21,256 bases of DNA from Octopus sinensis (taxonomy: Eukaryota). Location: positions 1 through 21,256 of the forward strand of contig NW_021823767.1 of assembly GCF_006345805.1 (NCBI RefSeq), given 5' to 3'. The notes below the pieces were generated by a model. It ran no database searches and was not told the origin of the DNA. It saw only the letters and a list, made by a program, of their open reading frames with translations. A program made the translations under genes and the position numbers. Below are positions 1-11,340 of the stretch, in pieces; within the stretch, counting starts at the first letter, position 1; every line of letters begins with the position of its first letter.

Positions 1-344
1 CTCAACCGGTCCAGCTCTTTGTAATATTAAAGCAGAATACATTAAGCCGAAAACAGATTCCATAAAATTCAAAATTTCTCAGGACAAATTTTCCCCCTGA
101 AAAATCTCCGACCATCCTCCAACACCCGGATCTGTCTCCAACATTGAAAAGTCTTATGACTGAGATGGGAATCAGATTCTAAACTGCTTCACCAGTTGGT
201 GCTATTAAGTTATACATAGCCTGGGCCTATACTGGCTGAAATATATAACAATTATGTGTGTATATGTCATATATACACACATATAATTCCTAGCTATTGT
301 TCAGTCGGTCAGGGTTCGATTGCCGGCATGGGATTGATTACTGT

Positions 345-470
345 AGGTGCAGGCCTGGCTGCACGGTAAGAATCTTCTGTTCTAAATGGAAGTCTTCTAA
401 TATAGTCGCAGACCAACGAATGTGATCTGAGTAGATTTGGTAAACGGAAACTGAAAGAATGCGTTCATAG
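345..470 (+). mobile_element. Degraded, internally deleted tRNA-derived SINE relic
   Basis: The order GCAGG..TGGCT..GGTAAG / GTCTTCTA.TATAG..GACCAA / GATTTGGTA.ACGGAAACTGAAAGAA matches, from memory, a common octopus SINE. It runs into a GATA repeat. Not checked against a library. Confidence 0.5.
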
Positions 471-485
471 TTAAATAGATAGATA

Positions 486-556
486 TGTTTCTTTATTAGC
501 CACACAGGGCTGCACACAGATAGAACAAATTACAAGGTAGAGCTTTTCTTTTGAAG

Positions 557-590
<34 letters not shown>

Positions 591-1702
591 AGGGGGAGTT
601 TCGATCAAAAGGGATCGTAAAAGGAGAGAAAGAGGACAAAAAAAGGGGGGTTAAAAAAAAAGGGGTGAGAAAAAAAAAAAAAAAAAAAAAATTGATCAAT
701 AGGGATCGTTATCACAGAAATGTCAATATGAAGTGTAAAGGGGAGGACAGGTGAGGTTTACCCGTGGAAAGAAAAGCCTACGGAAAAGACCACGGTAACC
801 TCGGTCAATGAAGTCACATTTTATATTTCTTTTTTTTTTTTTTTTTTTTTGCAAATAAGCAACTCTCTTTTCGATTTCTGGGTTCATAGGACTATGCTCA
901 AGGTGGCTTCGTCATTCATACGTGCCATTCTTGCTACATTCACCCATCTTTTCTTAAAACATTCGCTAGACAAAACTTGCCTCTCTACTCTCACTTTCCT
1001 TTTCAAGTGGTACTTGAAGAAGTTGATGAGAGATTGACCAGAGAGGAAAGTGTTTATCTCCAATCCTTTCAGACGCGTCCACCAGATACATTCTTTCGCC
1101 ATAGCCACAAGGATGATGAAAATAGCTCTTCCTTCCCGTTTGAAGGAAGGAGGCGTGACAATATTGACGATAGACTCAGCTGATAAACCGACTCGTCCCA
1201 CACGTGACAGCAGTTGTTCGACATAAGCCCACAGGTCGGAAATTGTTGGACACTGAACGAGTGCGTGCAGAACGGTTTCGTCGCTCTGACCGCATCTCGG
1301 GCAGGTCGGCCCCGTGTTTCTCGAGCCGTGTCTGTAGAGCTTATCCCGAACGGGTAGCGCTTCTCGGTAGCACTGCCAGGCCAGGGATCTCTGGAAGTTG
1401 TCCATGGGCCCTGGCCCGAAAGTCGTCCTGAACAGGCGGGTCAGGTACTCCTTGTCGACGTCCAGGTTCGCCCCGAGCTCATCGTCGTACCTCCCCTCCA
1501 CTAAACCCCTATAGAATGCTTTGGTTGTGTTGAAGTCACTTAAGGTCGACCCAGGACGGCAGAGTTGCTTGAGAGCAACGCGACACTCTCGCGGTGCCAT
1601 TCGCCCTTCCTCGGCTCTTTTTGATCCACGACTGCTTTCGTCATGGAGACGAGCTGCGGGAAAGCGTGCCTCACAAACGGCGACCACACCTGTTCACCGT
1701 CG
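486..1702 (-). mobile_element. 5'-truncated non-LTR retrotransposon (Tx1/L1-like): ORF2 C-terminus plus 3' UTR
   Basis: The minus ORF 884-1687 contains CPRCGQSDETVLHALVQCP (C-x2-C-x8-H-x4-C, zf-RVT type) preceded by SLAWQCYREALPV. The 3' UTR of about 400 nt has homopolymer runs and AATAAA (plus-strand TTTATT at 492-497) just before the end. TAGATAGATA flanks both sides (476-485 and 1703-1712). Confidence 0.85.
884..1702 (-). pseudogene. ORF2 C-terminal fragment of the LINE (zf-RVT region), 5'-truncated, probably frameshifted near 1587-1640
   Basis: [30 protein letters not shown] (1702 down to about 1590) joins [10 protein letters not shown].. if 2 nt are removed from the GAGAG run near 1588. 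The downstream frame is stop-free to 884. Confidence 0.75.
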
Positions 1703-1721
1703 TAGATAGATAGATAGATAT

Positions 1722-1782
<61 letters not shown>

Positions 1783-1840
1783 GGATAGATAGATAGATAG
1801 ATTAGATAGATAGATAGATAGATGATATATAGATAGATAT

Positions 1841-1877
<37 letters not shown>

Positions 1878-1878
1878 T

Positions 1879-1949
<71 letters not shown>

Positions 1950-1954
1950 TGATT

Positions 1955-2021
<67 letters not shown>

Positions 2022-2037
2022 TGATTGATAGATAGAT
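1703..2037. repeat. (GATA)n microsatellite
   Basis: Read directly. Confidence 0.98.
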
Positions 2038-2239
2038 TTCAAATTTACAGAAAACAAAAGTCAAGGACAGTTGTACAAACCACAAGCAAGTGCATTAAGT
2101 TCAACCCTCGGGTAGAATGGAAGAGTTTTTTGTCTTTCGACCGCACGTTCTGCGACAGGAAGGATTAACGGGATAAAAAGGATTAAAAGGATAAAAAGGG
2201 AGAGAGATTGAGAAGAACCGGAGAGAGAAAATGGAATGT

Positions 2240-2485
2240 GTAAAGATAATGTGTATGTTTGTGTGTATGTGTATGTATAAAAAATATATATATATATGCC
2301 TAAATACATATACACATATATACAGTTATATATAAATATATAAAACCATACATATATATATACGTCTGTCTATGGATTAATTGATGGATGGATGGATGGA
2401 TGGATGGATGGATAGATGGATTGATAGATGGATTGATGGAATGATGGATGGATGGATGGATGGATGGATGGATGGATGGATATAC
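2240..2485. repeat. Compound (GT)/(TA)n and (GGAT)n microsatellite
   Basis: Read directly. Confidence 0.95.
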
Positions 2486-2537
2486 GTATACATTTCTTGC
2501 ATCTAAATTATAGAAACTTCAGGTGTCCTGTACTTAC

Positions 2538-2681
2538 TGCGGTTGATTTCTCTTCTATCTTTCTGGTCCTTGCATCGAAATGAAGAATCGTGATGGTCAA
2601 CACGAGAAACAGTCCAAAGGTTATGAAAGAAGAAACGGAAAACCGCTGCGAAATGACGCGCCACACCTTAGCGATTTCCAT
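2538..2681 (-). CDS. Candidate first coding exon of a signal-anchor/type II membrane protein (48 aa: MEIAKVWRVISQRFSVSSFITFGLFLVLTITILHFDARTRKIEEKSTA)
   Basis: ATG at 2681-2679, basic N-terminus, a hydrophobic stretch of about 20 aa, a charged stem, then a consensus donor GCA|GTAAGT at 2537 (phase 0). The surroundings are CpG-rich. Confidence 0.5.
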
Positions 2682-2729
2682 TGCGGTTTTCGGTCGTCCG
2701 TGCAGCCTGTTATTTCGTTTTGGTTTAAT

Positions 2730-2950
2730 GATAAATCTGAAGTTGATGTAAGCTGGAGTTTATAAGTGTGAGCTTCTCGCTTTGGGATCGTAACTGAAAA
2801 TTGTTGACGTCTGATTCCGGCTTTTTGATATTTTTCACCCTCCACAACCCAACCTGCCGAAAATCTAATCGTAAATTCAGGCACCAATCAGATTGATATT
2901 ACAATAATTGTGGGTGTCACCTTTTAAATGACACCTTTTGTGATTGGATG
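2730..2950 (-). promoter_or_regulatory. Candidate Pol II promoter for the 2538-2681 exon
   Basis: Minus-strand TATAAA at 2764-2759, about 80 nt upstream of the ATG. CCAAT(CAG) at 2884-2888 and ATTGG at 2943-2947. Confidence 0.4.
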
Positions 2951-3302
2951 GAGATGATCCACGATTAACACAGAACAGTCAGCAGAATATTTTACTGACT
3001 TCAGCACAAATTTGTAAACTGAAAACAAATGCCTATTTTTTGGAGAATTCTTATTTATTTATTTCTTAATGTTTACTTCTTTATTTTTGCGAAACTGCTG
3101 TAATATTCATGTAGGGGACTGCATTGTCCGTTCAACATCTGTACAGACTGTAACTGCAAAGCTTTATTTAATGCAGTCTAGTGTTTTTATTGGTTACTTC
3201 ATAACAAACATGATGTTAAAGATTATTCCATTTTATTTACACTGAATCTTATTAGAATATTTCTGCTGACGACAAATTTATGATAAACAAAATGTCTTCT
3301 GT

Positions 3303-3373
3303 GCGTATGTGTGTGTGTGTGCGTGCCTGCGTGTGTGTGTGTGTGTATGTTTGCTTGTGTGTGTGTGTGTGTT

Positions 3374-3427
<54 letters not shown>
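3303..3427. repeat. (GT)n microsatellite
   Basis: Read directly. Confidence 0.97.
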
Positions 3428-3431
<4 letters not shown>

Positions 3432-3869
3432 TAGTATCATACAATTCTAGAATTTGTTAGAATTCTCGTATTCCAACATGCAGGGCGCCGAGAACAGCCG
3501 GGTGGGGGCCTCACTGTATATGAGTCGTCGTCGGTATTGACTTGTACCCGAATGACTAATCTGTAGCGAGCGACACTGACTGAAAGAGACTTATTATTCA
3601 AGCCACAGATGACTTTCGCATGATTTTATTTTGAGATTACAACGCTCCCGCACGTGGCTACCTGCCCTCAACAGTGGCACCATTGGGATTGGGGATGTAC
3701 TAGATCTGGTTAGGGTGAATCCTAGCTGGGACCCTAACATGTCCTACTACCCTGGGTCAGGTTAGATCTGGGAATATTAGTGGGTAAAAGGTGCTTCCAC
3801 ATCCCTCAAATCCCAGAATATTCGTACCATGTTTTCCCACTCCCGGATGCAGTTTATGTACGTATATAT

Positions 3870-4020
3870 TAGTGTGTGTGGTGTGTGTATGTGTGTGTAT
3901 GTGTGTGTGTGTGTGTATGTGTGTGTGTGTATGTGTGTGTGTCTGTGTGTGTGTTTGAGTGTATCTCTGTGTTTCTCTGTGTCTCTGTGTATCTGTATAT
4001 GTCTATGTCTGTGTGTGTAT
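3870..4020. repeat. (GT)n-rich microsatellite
   Basis: Read directly. Confidence 0.95.
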
Positions 4021-4431
4021 CAGGTCATCCCATAAGTTCTGTCCGATTTTACTGTTTTTAAAATTGAATGAAATTTAATAGTATTTCAGAATGTCTAAAG
4101 CAATTAAAAAACATTTTTATACATTTGTGTATTAACTAATTAAATGATAGAATTAAACTTTCTTTGATTGAAACCCATTCTAACATGGAAGTATCCAAAG
4201 GCCATTTCAGGCACAAAAGTTCTTCAAACACTCAATCCATTTCTGGCCAATACACATAGCTTCTCAACAAAAATTTCATTCTTAAAATCCACGGGTGAAC
4301 AATGTGAATTTCTTTTAACATTCATTTCTGTAGTGTGACCGGTTCTTCGATTTTTTGTGGGTACATTCGCATATTGTCTAAAATCAGAATCCGTGTTGCG
4401 TTCTGCCAAACGCATATTTATTTTTCTAATT

Positions 4432-5295
4432 TCAACAGTCAGGGATCACATTTTTCACTTCTGTATTACAACTGGACAACCTCCATAACGTTTTGACAAA
4501 GTCTATTTCTAGGCGAATTCCATAATTCGAACAGCACCTATCGGAGAAATATTTATTAAAAGAGAACGCATTCTGTGCCTCTCGAACGTAGCTACGATTC
4601 TCATTTCTGATTTCTTCTGTATCAGTTGTACTAACAATTGATGTTGCTTCTCAAATTCCAACAACTGTTGTTGTTGCTGTTTTTATTGCTGTTTTTGCTG
4701 TTTCTGTAATTCCAACGGCTGTTGTCTTTATCTTTATTGCTTTTGCTGATTATGTTGATGTAAATAAATTACCGAGGCTAGTAAAGCTCTCATGTGAAAA
4801 GACAAATCCGTCCGGTATGAGCTTCCAATAACTTCGATCGCTGAAAATGTTACGACGTAGTTATACACGTCTGGTGTATGATGGTATTAAACAAATAAAT
4901 TGTTGGTTGTGACTATCTAGAACTAACCTATCACAGAAATATATGTCAACACAAAACGCACTCTGCGCTACACGAACGTAAGTCCGATACCCATCATGCA
5001 CTGATTCGTAAACGATTGTTGAAGTAACACCACCAACGGTAACTCACTGTTCATTCAATTTCTGTTTCCTATAGCCAGTTCCTCCACCTTCGGTCACATG
5101 GGGCTGTTCAGGACTCTCCAATGACAGTCCATGATTCACGTCGGATGTTGGTATTATCCCCGAATGAGTGAACAGCAAATAGACTCGGAGTGCTGACCTG
5201 TTTGGTAGTCTCAAACTTTCTTTAAACCACCTTTTCTCGAACCCATTCGCCAAAAAGGTGAGCAATGCAATGACTGAAATGTGCTGCTCAGTCAC
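4432..5295 (-). pseudogene. Degraded coding relic of unknown family with an internal repeat and a Thr-rich linker
   Basis: One frame runs about 288 codons with only four internal stops (5046, 4863, 4752, 4653). YVRVAQSAFCVDIYFCDR and YVREAQNAFSFNKYFSDR are exactly 390 nt (130 codons) apart. Confidence 0.4.
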
Positions 5296-6743
5296 TCGGG
5301 ATGCTGCTAAATACCACCATTATCATAGAAGATGAAGCAACCAAAATCCCTACACGCCACCTATGACTTTACAATTACAACCTCCCAGCTTTTAAAGCTT
5401 CAATCATTCATTAATTTTCCATTGCCCTCCATGTACCGTTCCAAGAATCCAAGATGATCCTGAATGTAAATTTGCTTTGAGTGGATAAACCGTTCTGCTG
5501 TACTAACACCAGTGGCACAGACGAAGTGTAGACAACCAGAAAACCAATTCCACTGCAGGATTATTTTTTATACGACTTTAGCTTATTGAAAGATGTTCTA
5601 ACAACAATTCGTAATCCTTCAATCCCATCGATCAAGAGTCTTTCGCCCCAAGTTGTTCAAGGAACGATGACTCAACTGAAGGAATTTGTCCTTTGACAGG
5701 ATTTTTTTATCGTCCTGCAGCTTCCATTCTTGATTGCGTTGAAGGCCCAGTCCCTGGCTGTCCGAATTTCCAAAAGGTTCATTGTGTTAAGCACACACAC
5801 ATGTATACCTTTAAAGCTGATTCCTATTATAAATGTCTACATACATGCATTTTCTTATGGCAAGCTTATGGCACTCAATTACTTGCATGAAAGACGTTGT
5901 GTCTCCCAAATATCCATCTTCTTCTCTTTAATCTAAGGAATATTCTACACTAACACATAGTGATGTTTCTTATTGGATGTGGTGTAACAGTCTCAACATA
6001 TCACACAGTTTTACACAGAGTAACTTTTCTTACTTAGCTCATTATGTTTCTACGTCCTTTTGCTGTCTTTACTCTGCTTTCTCTATGTATGTGGTAAGTG
6101 TTGTAAAGCAAATCTTTGCTCCAATTTACCATTTTTTCTTCTGCTTTGATGAGAGAATTATTCGTATTCGATACTCGCTGGGATTCCATTCCTGATTGTT
6201 GTGCATCAGTGTTTAGGAAATGGTGCAAGGTGTGAGTTACGTGTTCCGGTTATGAGGATGTCAACTAATCTTGTGCCGGGGTCACGCGATGGTATAGATA
6301 CAGGTGAAACAAAATAGGTGGTGAGAGGATTACTACTTACATTCCTGTGAAAAATGATGGAACCATCATATATTTCTATGATATTACTTCAAGGTGGGGT
6401 ATTGATATTTAAGACAGAACACAAAATACAGTTAAACGAAATACAATTTTATTTCCACATTTTAGTTTTATGAACTGATCCTTATACAATGTTTATCTAG
6501 ATTATTCACTCAGCTTTGCATTGTTTTTATAAGCATAATTCTCATGATTCTCTGGCGCCGATTTTCTCTCCATTATAATATTTTCCTGTTAACTAGTAGC
6601 CTAATTATTCTAACGATTTATATAACTTCGATAAAATATTTCAAACAGAATCAAAATGTCTATATTGTTTTATGATATTATAATATGTCTTGTAATTGGT
6701 TAACATAAGTTTTTCATAGAAAGTAAATTCAACTAGATTCCCT

Positions 6744-7239
6744 TCAATATTTACTGCACACAACGCAGGTTAAATCTTGACCATTGACATACGGTGGACA
6801 TGGCAATGACCACAAACAGCCTGAACGAAATATAATAAAACTCCATTTTCGTTTTTGTAACCTGCTGGATCAGCTTCTGGTGCATAGTCCACACACACAT
6901 ATTCATGTCTGCCCTCATGTCCGTAATACTCGGTCATCAAATATCCCGAATACTCAGCTGTCCAACCAGGGTAACACTGTGTCCTGGCTGGTAACATCAT
7001 AACAACAGCAGGTTGTCGCGTCAAACAGACAGCACACGGAACGTCGTGATCATGAAGTGTTTCAGCGTTAGCAAAAGAAAATATTTTATTTGGGTAGTGT
7101 TCTAATTGATATTCACTGCCATAAATGTTACCTACGTCTTCAACTTCTGTCGTATAATTGGCCCAAATCGGATCGTTGGGTAGACACAAGAGATTACTTC
7201 CGCCACCACTATGGGAATGATATTGTCCACCAACCACAC
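6744..7239 (-). CDS. Terminal exon of a short-chain collagen C4-like (collagen IV NC1-related) protein, with a 1-bp deletion near 6809
   Basis: Motifs GGQYHSHSGGGSNLLCLPNDP, HDHDVPCAVC, MLPARTQCYPGWTAEYSGYLM and YVCVDYAPE. Acceptor TTCTAG at 7241-7240. Adding one T between 6809 and 6808 restores the family ending CGSLPCPPYVNGQDLTCVVCSKY* (TGA at 6746-6744). Confidence 0.85.
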
Positions 7240-8464
7240 CTAGAATTGGTAAGAACATAACAAGTAATTAAAATATAACGTTAAGTCATATGTGAAATAA
7301 GTGAAAGGTAAATTAAAAGAAACCATCGGAAAGAAACATTCAAATTTAACTTAGTTATTATAAATAGAGACAAATAAGTGTTTGTGCGTTATTGGGTCTA
7401 TGTGTGTATGTATGAGTATGTGTTTATGTCTGTGTGTGTACGTGTGTATGTTTGAACATTGACTGTCATTAAATGTGTACGTTTTGTTTGTATGTTTATA
7501 TATTTATGTTGTAGGTGTACGCCAACTTGTTTGTGTAGGTAATATTTATGAATATGTCTAGATACATGGCTGTAGATGGTTGTGTGCAGATGTCAAAAGA
7601 GTGCGAAGGGAAGGCCGTTACGTCACGCATTTCCTCTAAAATGGAAAAGACGATTTTGTTCACGTTTTAACGGAGATAAAATAGAAGAACGATACAAGGA
7701 ATTTTTAACCATTATAAAAGAGAAGATCACGTTGAGGTGCAGAGTATTGACAGTCGATGGGTAGTTAAAAGTTATTTAACAGAACATCCTGCACAGCGTA
7801 GCTGAAACTCTCGGCTAGTCGTGAACAGGTCACGTGAAGATACACGTTATGGTCGCGTTGGCTTTATTTCCTGCATCACTGGGGTGATTTTACGTCTTAA
7901 GGAAAACGAGTGGAGAAAGTTTTGTAAGGTTCAGTTTAGGCTGAATTGGGAAACCTTTGAGGAAACCGTTGAGGGTCCGGTTATAGACAGGAAAAGTCTG
8001 TTCCATCGTAATTCAAGCAAAAACAAATCTCGTTTAAAGAAAGAAAAGTTGATGAGGAGGAGGTGGAAAATTGTGTCTTCTGACTGGAGAGCACAGAATT
8101 GAATTACCATGAGGCACTAGAGAGATTAAGTGGTGGAATAGTGCGTAGTTAATGCATACAGTCCTTGGGTAACTATATTCTGTGGTTGGGTTCATGGGGG
8201 TAATTTCGATGATATCCTGTTCGTGTGATCATTCTTGACGGCATTTATACTTCGGCTATGACCAAATAAATTCAACTGAGAAAGTAGTTTTGTGTAATCT
8301 CAGGAGAATCTATAATCGCCGTTTAAAACGTGATATACTATAATAGGACAAACGTTTGTGTAGATCAGAAAGAAGGAGAGAGAGGGAGAGAGATGAAGAG
8401 AAAGAGAGAGAGAGGGAGAAAGAAAGAAATAGAGATAGAGAGATTAGAAACAGAATATACTAAC

Positions 8465-8538
8465 CATCGTATACCAGACTGGAATTACTTGGACATTTTG
8501 TTCTACCCCACCGGGTATACAGGGATCCAGGAACGGTC
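8465..8538 (-). CDS. Penultimate exon of the same gene (SLYTRWGRTKCPSNSSLVYDG); 74 nt, one C short of 75
   Basis: Family YxRWG..CP motif. Acceptor CACAG at 8540-8539, donor GTTAGT at 8464. Its final G plus GT at 7239 makes the Gly codon that joins the terminal exon in frame. Confidence 0.85.
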
Positions 8539-8640
8539 CTGTGAATTGCGAAGAAACAATGTAGTTTAAAAGAAAATAATTGGTGAACCATGTGGGAGAA
8601 GAATTTCTTGGCTGGAATTAATGAATTGGGAGTCAATATT

Positions 8641-9670
8641 GGAAGGAAGGAAGGAAGGAAGGAAGGAAGGAGGAAGGAAGGAAGAAGGAAGGAAGGAAGA
8701 AGGAAAGGAAGGAAGGAAGGAAGGAAGGAAGGAAGGAAGAAGGAAGGAAGAAGAAGGGGGCAGTAAGGAAGGAAGGAAGGAGGTGGTGGAAGAAGAAGGA
8801 AGGAAGGTGTGGAAGGAAGGAGGAAGGAAGGAAGGAAGGAAGGAAGGAAGAAGAAGGAGAAGAAAGGAAGGAAGAAGGGAGGAAGGGGAAGGAAGGAGGG
8901 AAGGAAGGAAGAAGGAAGGTGTGGAGGAAGGAAGGAAGGAAGGAAGAAGGAAGGAAGGAAGAAGAGGAAGGAAGGAAGGAAGGAAGGAGAAGAAGAAGGA
9001 GGGAAGGAAGGAGAAGGACGGAAGGGGAGAAGGAATAAAAGAAACGAAGGAAGGAAGAAGGAAAGAAATGAAGGAAGGAGAAGGAAGGTTAGGAAAGAAT
9101 GAAGGAAGAAGGAAGGAGGAAGGAAGAATGAAGGAAGAAAGAATGAAAGAGGAAGGAAGGAGGTAACGAAGGAACGAAGGAAGGAGCGAAGGAGGAATAA
9201 TGAAGGAAGAAAGGGAGAAGGAAAAAGAAAGGCAAAACGAAGGAAAGAAACAAGAGATAAGGAAGAAGGAAGGAAAGAATGAAGTAAGGAAGAAACAAAG
9301 ACAAAAAGAAAGAAAGAGGAAAGAAAGAAAATGTAGAAAAAAGAAGAATAGAAAGACAGATAGAAAGAAAGGAAGGAAGGAAGGAAGGAAGGAAGAAATG
9401 ATGAATGAAGGACGAAGGAAGGAAAGAGGACTCGGGAGAAAAAGGAACGAACGAAAAACGAAGGTTATGTAGGACAGAGGATTTAATGAGTTACGAAAGA
9501 AAAGAGAAGAAAGAAAAGAAAGAAGAAAGAAAAGAAAGAAACAAGGCATAAGGAAAGAAAAGAAAAAAAAGAAGAAAGAAGAAAGAAGAAGAAAAAAGAA
9601 AAAGAAAGAAAATAAAGAAAAAAGAAAGAAAGAAAGAAGAAAGAAAGAAGAAAGAAAGAAAGAAGAAAGA
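8641..9670. repeat. About 1-kb (GGAA)/(GAAA)-type polypurine tract
   Basis: Read directly; almost entirely purines on the plus strand. Confidence 0.97.
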
Positions 9671-10616
9671 AATTAGGAAACACAAACAAAACTAAGGGTT
9701 TGAAAATTCTTTTCTATAAACGTAAAGCTGATTCCGAGAAATAGTCCCCACGCCTGGGGTGAATGTATACTTTTAGTTACTGGTAAAGATTTGCATGATT
9801 CATCACTAATTCACTTCTCAGCCGAATTGAATGCGGTTCTTTAGCAATGATGATCGAGTCTTGAGCTAAATTTTTTGAGATAAATTAATTCAAGGTTGGA
9901 GCATCAAATAAAAGGCAAGAGGAAAAATTAAATAAAAGGCTAGAAAATCTTAATAACAATTGCTTCCCTCTGGAATGGCACTCAAAGACAGGTGCATGAT
10001 TTCTCTATAACCACCAGACTCGCAGAATTACTGAGCAACAACAATATGTGGATGGTTTTATTGATTCTGTTTCATTCTACAACACAGGGTAAACCCTACA
10101 ATTTCTTATTGCTTACACTAACATTAGATCTGAACTGAAAATATTTCTTACATACTTTTTCCGGATTATAGACTTACATGTATACAAAATTGATTTTATT
10201 TATTGACGTGGTCCTGCATATAAACTCATATAAACATAGTTAATATCATAGCATAAGAGGGTTACATTTTCAAATTAATTTAGGCATGCAACTTAAAGAT
10301 GTGTATTTCGTTGAGCAGATAGGGTAAGTAATGAAAAACGAAGGAAACCCGAAAAAATTAGAAGCCAGTAGTTGAGGAGACACATTTCAATGAATTTAGC
10401 TAAATGAGATTAAAACTGAATATTTTTTAATATTTAATCAGGCCACAGACATTTCTTTTACGTTTTTATCTTAAACGATATAAAATTAGTTCTTACTTGG
10501 CGTGTGAACATCTTTATCATCTAGACATTTCTGGTAATGGAAATGGTTCTATGAAAAAAATAAAATAACATCATAGAAATAGATTTTCAGAAAATTCATC
10601 AATGTTTAGAATTTAA

Positions 10617-11340
10617 ACACGCACGGTGAATGTAGCAAATGCATTTAGAAAAATTATTCTTCCACTTTGTAAATCTACAAACAGTTGGGTAGATATCCCA
10701 GAATCAATTCATTTCGCTTTCTACGTAGCCAACTTTTTAAAATATATTTACCTTTCCGTGTACCTTTTTTCAATTGAAGACCCGCGACTTCCGCAATCAA
10801 CAATGTCGAACAAACATAAATTGAAAATTCTGAATGTATTTGCACCATTCTTCGTGCGTGTTTACATATATTGTGAGATACGTGGTTTTGCAATTTCATT
10901 CTTCTTTCTAGCAAATATTTACTTACTGTACACTGACTTTTTATATATATTTTTCATATTTCGATTATGTTCGTAGGCCATTTTATCATTATTTTTTAAA
11001 GATAATGATAACTTATTTGAATTTTGAATTTATACTTGCTCGCTAATGTTCGTTCGGATGTGACGGTGCCTTCAGCTGAACAAACGAGCACGGAAAGTTA
11101 AATACATTTTAAAAAATAGTTTACGTAATAAGACTTGCTGATGAGCTTTGGTTGCCAATTCGACGCAGAAAGCGAAATCAATTAATACTGGGATATCTAC
11201 CCTTCTACTCGTAGATTTACAAACTGGAACAACTGTTTTCCCAAATGTATTTGCTACATTCTTCGTGCATGTTGACGTATAGTGAGAGATTCACGGTTTT
11301 GGAGACTTTTATTTTTCTTTCAATGGATAAGATATTTGTT
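10617..11340 (+). mobile_element. Old fold-back element with a degenerate hammerhead (Penelope-like pLTR relic)
   Basis: Inverted arms 10617-10782 and 11068-11268. Direct repeat 10833-10900 and 11245-11310. CTGATGA-GCTTT...AAAGC-GAAA at 11138-11177. Confidence 0.55.
11138..11195 (+). ncRNA. Degenerate type I hammerhead ribozyme relic
   Basis: CTGATGA at 11138-11144, perfect 5-bp stem II GCTTT/AAAGC, GAAA at 11174-11177, stem III ATC-AATT-(A)AT then A. Stem I is poorly paired. Confidence 0.5.

Noticed and set aside
2978-3270. Short inverted match GTCAGCAGAA(A)TATT as possible MITE termini
   Set aside because: Only about 14 bp, no target-site duplication, plausible by chance in AT-rich DNA.
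3266-3300. Other CTGANGA hits (3266 plus, 13316-13322 minus, about 15931 plus)
   Set aside because: None has a properly placed stem II, GAAA and NUH. The 15931 hit is CTGAACA in the paralogous block.
3480-3845. GC-richer island with repeated TAGATCTGG, considered as an HDV-like ribozyme or TE 5' end
   Set aside because: No convincing nested pseudoknot or termini could be built by eye.
5300-5780. Minus-strand frame with protein-like patches (FIHSKQIYIQDHLG, EVVIVKS*VACRDFGCFIFYD) faintly recalling a glycosyltransferase-like family
   Set aside because: Too many stops and the similarity is too vague to support without a profile search.
6034-6228. 64-aa minus ORF ending next to a GTAAG
   Set aside because: The stop precedes the donor-like site in the only open frame, and no motif is recognised.
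7560-8200. Short plus-strand ORFs (7576-7764, 7821-8102) that might be an old LINE remnant
   Set aside because: No recognisable RT or endonuclease motif.
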